Assembly (NCBI GenBank): GCA_038060895.1
Contig: JBBTCT010000020.1
Span: 32,001 to 96,000, forward strand
Reading direction: 5' to 3'
Origin: Planctomycetota bacterium
GTDB lineage: Bacteria; Planctomycetota; MHYJ01; WSZJ01
DNA length: 64,000 nt
Of this stretch, positions 55,972 to 64,000 are shown piece after piece (positions within the stretch are counted from its first letter, which is position 1; every line of letters begins with the position of its first letter). Below the pieces are notes generated by a model. It ran no database searches, was not told the DNA's origin, and saw only the letters and a list, made by a program, of their open reading frames with translations. Position numbers and translations under genes: made by a program.

Positions 55972-57342
55972 ATGCTCCCTTCTGATGGTGCCGTTTTGCG
56001 CGACCGCGTTTTCGCGGAACTGGCGCAGCGGCTTCCGGCAGACGAGTTCAAGGCTTGGTTCGATTCTTCAAAGGTCAGCCTCTCGGCCAACGGCGCTTCC
56101 TGCGAGCTCCAGGTCCGCAACGTCTTCATCGCGGAGCATTACGAGCGCAATTACCGCCGCGCGCTGGAAGAAGTTCTGTCCGCGGTGGCGGAGGGGCCGG
56201 TGAAACTGGCGATCCGCGTGAACACGGACGGCGCGGCCGCCGCACGCGAGACGACCGGGACGCCGACGCCGCCGATCCTGCTCCCCGCGGTGCCGGTGCC
56301 CGCGGCCAACGGCCTCGTGCTCAACCCGAGCTACACGTTCGAAAACTTCGTGATCGGCCTGTCGAACCGGCTCGCGCACGCGGCCGCGACGTCCGTCGCC
56401 TCCGCGCCCGGCGCCGCGTACAACCCGCTCTTCCTCTACGGGTCGGTCGGGCTCGGCAAGACTCACCTCCTCCAGGCAATCTGCCACTCGCTTCTCGCGA
56501 AACAGCCCGGCCTGAACATCAGCTACCTGTCGTGCGAGGAGTTTGTGAACGACTACATCGCCTCCGTTCAGAACATGAAAGAACTCGAAGGGTTTCGCGC
56601 AAGGATGCGCGGCGTCGACGTCCTGCTGATCGACGACATCCATTTCCTCGCGGGCAAGGAAGGCTCGCAGGAAGAGTTCTTCCACACGTTCAACACGCTT
56701 CACAATGCGTCGAAGCAGATCATCCTGTGCTCGGACGCGCCTCCGAAGGACATCCCGACGCTCGAGGACCGGCTGATGACGCGGTTCTCGATGGGCCTGG
56801 TCGCGCGGATCGACACGCCGACGTTCGAGACTCGCGTCGCGATTCTGAAGAAGAAAGCGGAAGCACGCGGCACTCCGTTCCCGGAGGACGTGTACTTCTT
56901 CGTCGCGCAGAACATCGAGTCGAACATCCGCGAGCTCGAAGGCGCGGTGACGAAAGTCGCGGCCTACGCTTCGCTGCTGAACCGCCCGATCGACCTCGAG
57001 GTGGCCCGTGAAGCGCTCCGGGATGCCCTGGAAGTCGCCTCGGCTCCGGTGTCGATCGTCGAGATCCAGGCGATCGTCTGCCGCAAGCTGGGCGTGAAGA
57101 CGGCGGACCTGCAGTCGAAGAGCCGGACGAAGTCGCTTTCCCGGGCGAGGCAGGTCGGCATTTATCTCGCCCGCACGATGACGACCGCTTCGCAAACGGA
57201 CATCGGAAATGCCTTCGGCGGGCGCGACCATTCGACCGTTTCGTACGCGTTCGACACGATGAAGGAACTGCTCGAGAACGACCCGACTTTCCGCAATTTC
57301 ATGGAGCAATTGGCCGACGAAATCCGCAAAAGCAAGCTGTAG
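55972..57342 (+). CDS. dnaA: Chromosomal replication initiator DnaA
   Basis: YTFENFV, YNPLFLYGSVGLGKTHLL, LLIDDI, QEEFFHTFN, NIRELEGA, FGGRDHSTV. Confidence 0.98.
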   Translation: MLPSDGAVLRDRVFAELAQRLPADEFKAWFDSSKVSLSANGASCELQVRNVFIAEHYERNYRRALEEVLSAVAEGPVKLAIRVNTDGAAAARETTGTPTPPILLPAVPVPAANGLVLNPSYTFENFVIGLSNRLAHAAATSVASAPGAAYNPLFLYGSVGLGKTHLLQAICHSLLAKQPGLNISYLSCEEFVNDYIASVQNMKELEGFRARMRGVDVLLIDDIHFLAGKEGSQEEFFHTFNTLHNASKQIILCSDAPPKDIPTLEDRLMTRFSMGLVARIDTPTFETRVAILKKKAEARGTPFPEDVYFFVAQNIESNIRELEGAVTKVAAYASLLNRPIDLEVAREALRDALEVASAPVSIVEIQAIVCRKLGVKTADLQSKSRTKSLSRARQVGIYLARTMTTASQTDIGNAFGGRDHSTVSYAFDTMKELLENDPTFRNFMEQLADEIRKSKL

Positions 57343-57621
57343 AGAAGTCCCCGGAAGACCGTTGGACGGTGCCGGACAGTTGTTGAAAGAATGTGGAAGA
57401 GCGGAACGCAGATCGCCGGCTTCCACGGCATTCAGTGAGGTCTCCCGGGAGCTTTGAGGGGGTTCAGGGGAGCTTGGACGTCGAAGCGCCGGGACGCAGG
57501 GCGTTGGCGCTTCGGGAGTTCAGGCAGGTTCGGGAGATGTTTTCAACGCTTCCCGGCCGCCTATGACGAAGGTGAAGAGTTTTCTAATAAGAAAGACACA
57601 TAAAGAGAACGGAGCCCGGCC
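57343..57621. other. Candidate replication origin (dnaA-dnaN intergenic region)
   Basis: Position; degenerate DnaA-box-like 9-mers (TGTTGAAAG 57381, TGTGGAAGA 57392, TTTTCAACG 57540); AT-rich stretch ~57579-57609. No perfect TTATCCACA. Confidence 0.45.
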
Positions 57622-58869
57622 ATGCGTTTCCGATGCAAGCGCGCTGATCTCGCCCAGGCGGTCGCGGTCGTAGCCTCTGCAGTTCCGGCAAGGACCAGCG
57701 TGCCGATCCTCCAGAACATCAAAGTCACCGCGGCGGACGGCGAGCTGATGCTCACCGCGACGGACCTCGAAATGGGATTGCGCTATTCGGTCCGCGACGT
57801 GGGAATCCAGAAATCCGGCGCGGCGGTGCTTCCGGCGCAGAAGCTGAACCAGATCGTGCGCGACATCCGCGACGACGAAGTGAAATTCGACGTCGACGGG
57901 AAGCTCTGCTCGATCGAGATCGAGGGCGGGCAGTTCAAGCTGACGGGCGCGGACCCGCAGGACTTCCCGCAATTCCCGGAGTTCGACGACAAGAAAGCCG
58001 TGCGCATCAACGTCGACGATTTCCGCGACATGGTTCGCAAGACGGCGTTCGCGGTGTCGAGCGAGCCGAGCCGGTACGCGCTGACGGGCGTACTTTTCGT
58101 GATCCGCGAAAACGAAGCGCGGATGGTCGGCACCGACGGCAAGCGTCTCGCCTACGCAAAGAAAAAGATCAAGGGCGGCCCGAAAGACGAAGTGAAGGTC
58201 ATCGTTCCCCCGAAGGCGCTTCACCTGGTCGAGAGAATCATCGCCGAGGGCGACGAGGAGATCGCGTTCGAGTTCGAAGAAACGCAGATGAAGGCGAAGA
58301 CGAGCGCAGGGACGCTTTTCGCACGTCTCGTCGAGGGTTCCTTCCCGAATTACGAGGACGTCATCCCCGGCGACCCCGACAAGAAAGTCCAGGTCAACCC
58401 CAGCGAGCTCGAGTACCGCCTGCGTCTCGCGACGAGCATGACCGACGACAAGAGCCGCGCGGTGAAGTTCCAGTTGTCCAAGGACAAGCTGAAACTGTTC
58501 GCGCGGCGGATCACAGGCGAAGCCGGCGAGGCGAGCCACGAAGTCGCCGTGAAGTACGCAGGCCCCGACTTCGAGATCTCCTTCAACCCGGACTTCTTCA
58601 TCGATTTCCTGAAGGTCGTCGCGGGAGGCAGGCCGGACGTGGAGAACTCCGAGGCGGACACGAAGGTCGAAGCGCGCGCGGAGGCGAAGGCCGAAAAGGC
58701 GAAGGGCAAGAAGGCCGCGAAGGACGAGAAGCCCAAGGCGCCACCGCCAGAGGCCGCAGAAACGCCGAGCATGATCACGCTGGACCTCCGCGACAAGTTG
58801 ACCGCGGGAGTCATCAGGGCGGGGCGGGACTACATCTACCTGGTTATGCCGTTGACGATTGACGTCTAG
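57622..58869 (+). CDS. dnaN: DNA polymerase III beta clamp with a long charged insertion
   Basis: PILQN, ATDLE, DFP, RYALTGV, GTDGKRLA, RLVEGSFPNY, FNPDF, YLVMPL. Confidence 0.97.
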   Translation: MRFRCKRADLAQAVAVVASAVPARTSVPILQNIKVTAADGELMLTATDLEMGLRYSVRDVGIQKSGAAVLPAQKLNQIVRDIRDDEVKFDVDGKLCSIEIEGGQFKLTGADPQDFPQFPEFDDKKAVRINVDDFRDMVRKTAFAVSSEPSRYALTGVLFVIRENEARMVGTDGKRLAYAKKKIKGGPKDEVKVIVPPKALHLVERIIAEGDEEIAFEFEETQMKAKTSAGTLFARLVEGSFPNYEDVIPGDPDKKVQVNPSELEYRLRLATSMTDDKSRAVKFQLSKDKLKLFARRITGEAGEASHEVAVKYAGPDFEISFNPDFFIDFLKVVAGGRPDVENSEADTKVEARAEAKAEKAKGKKAAKDEKPKAPPPEAAETPSMITLDLRDKLTAGVIRAGRDYIYLVMPLTIDV

Positions 58870-58884
58870 TGGCTGGAGGTTCCT

Positions 58885-59049
58885 GTGACCGGCTCTCCCG
58901 ATGCTCCTGCTGAGAATGGCGATCCCTTCAGCAACGCCGCGCGAGCATTAGAGAGCCTTTTGAAGGCCGAAGAGCTTCTCCGTCTACCAGACGTCGATCG
59001 CGTCAGCCTGTTCAAGAAGGCCTTTCGCAGTTCGGGGAGGACTTCATGA
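58885..59049 (+). CDS. Small hypothetical protein (54 aa)
   Basis: GGAGG RBS and GTG start; MTGSPDAPAENGDPFSNAARALESLLKAEELLRLPDVDRVSLFKKAFRSSGRTS; shorter than any ORF in the track. Confidence 0.35.
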   Translation: MTGSPDAPAENGDPFSNAARALESLLKAEELLRLPDVDRVSLFKKAFRSSGRTS

Positions 59050-59070
59050 GGCGGCCGAACGGATCCTGAA

Positions 59071-59622
59071 TCAGCACTTCAGCGCCCGCGACACGAATCC
59101 CCAGATGCCAAGTTTGCGCGCCCATCTTTCGATGTATCTCTTGTTGAGCTTCTGGGACGCCGCAATAGATGCGATGGCCAGGTGGTCCTTTTCGCGTCGC
59201 CCCAGGCCTTTGAAGAGCACCAAGTCAGTTGGCGAAAGAATGGGATGCCTCTCGCCGCCCAGTTCAACTTCTCCCGTTCGTGCGAGCGCGGAAGCCGTGA
59301 AATTGCGATCCGCAATGAGGAGGTCCATCACCGTGCCCTGGGGCGAAGTGACGAGTCGAATCATCCGCACCTTCGGAAATTCCAGGTCGCTTCCATGGAA
59401 ACAGCGGATTCCACTTTGGGACGATATCGACTCAGCCACCCTTTCCGCTGAGAAGTCCATGTCTAGCGGGATCAGGACGGCGACATACACGTCGTAGGTA
59501 ACCCGAAGCTGGTCCTTTGAAACCCACGCGTTTGTCGCAAGCCCTCCCGCAAGTGCGGCAGGAATGCCGGCATCGCGCAGGGCGCGGAGAAGCGCCGCGG
59601 CGATGGGTTCAAGCTCTGCCAC
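59071..59622 (-). CDS. Nucleotidyltransferase (AbiEii/DUF6036-like, TA-associated), with the second catalytic Asp replaced
   Basis: AGGAG RBS and GTG 59622; ALAGGLA...RVTYDVYV, DLVLFK...RREKD, YIERWARKLG. Confidence 0.8.
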   Translation of the reverse strand: MAELEPIAAALLRALRDAGIPAALAGGLATNAWVSKDQLRVTYDVYVAVLIPLDMDFSAERVAESISSQSGIRCFHGSDLEFPKVRMIRLVTSPQGTVMDLLIADRNFTASALARTGEVELGGERHPILSPTDLVLFKGLGRREKDHLAIASIAASQKLNKRYIERWARKLGIWGFVSRALKC

Positions 59623-59770
59623 CCGGTCTCCTGAGGGTTGCCGTGGCGCGGATTTTCCGCGAAATCGACTCCAGCTCACTCATCAGGGCATCAATCTCCC
59701 GCACGCTGCGGACAGCGCACAACTTTGCTTTGCCCGATGTTCGACACGTTGCCCGGGGCCTCTTCTTCAT
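59609..59770 (-). CDS. Small basic protein overlapping the nucleotidyltransferase start (putative partner)
   Basis: 53-aa ORF MKKRPRAT...REIDALMSELESISRKIRA with a 14-nt overlap; TA-like layout. Confidence 0.4.
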   Translation of the reverse strand: MKKRPRATCRTSGKAKLCAVRSVREIDALMSELESISRKIRATATLRRPGGRA

Positions 59771-59855
59771 GCGACCACTGTAGCCCGGCTGGTTTACCGA
59801 TTCAATCTCAACGCTGGACCAACCCCACGGGTCGTGTGATACGGTAGCCCCCCCC

Positions 59856-63976
<4,121 letters not shown>

Positions 63977-64000
63977 GAAAAGTGACGAGACGCTGAAACG

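Overview
This is a high-GC bacterial chromosome segment containing the replication-origin cluster dnaA-dnaN-(insertions)-dciA-gyrB, with no recF in the cluster. Gene content (DUF1570, expanded Ser/Thr kinases, a giant TPR/alpha-2-macroglobulin-like protein) suggests an uncultured Planctomycetota-type organism; this is an inference. Housekeeping and accessory genes include pyrD, rsgA, hutI, a cysteine desulfurase, a GspE/PilB ATPase, a BtuF/FecCD-type ABC importer, two MFS transporters and several secreted beta-propellers. The most notable signals are five. (1) A 17-bp palindrome, TTGACGC-NNN-GCGTCAA, occurs four times within about 40 kb of dnaA, twice inside coding sequences using locally rare codons; it is a candidate non-canonical parS-like chromosome-organising site. 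(2) An exported SelN/thioredoxin-like protein has an in-frame Cys-UGA and a SECIS-like hairpin, and the ORF track splits it in two. (3) dciA is tandemly duplicated and the second copy is fused in frame to GyrB. (4) Three paralogous cytoplasmic kinase-FGE/C-lectin proteins share a CxC...HxxxC motif and have divergent C-termini. (5) There is a possible split lipid-transfer-protein-like gene pair, a ~250-nt rod-like inverted repeat, and several microhomology deletion scars. No rRNA, tRNA, CRISPR array, integrase, transposase or reverse transcriptase was recognised.
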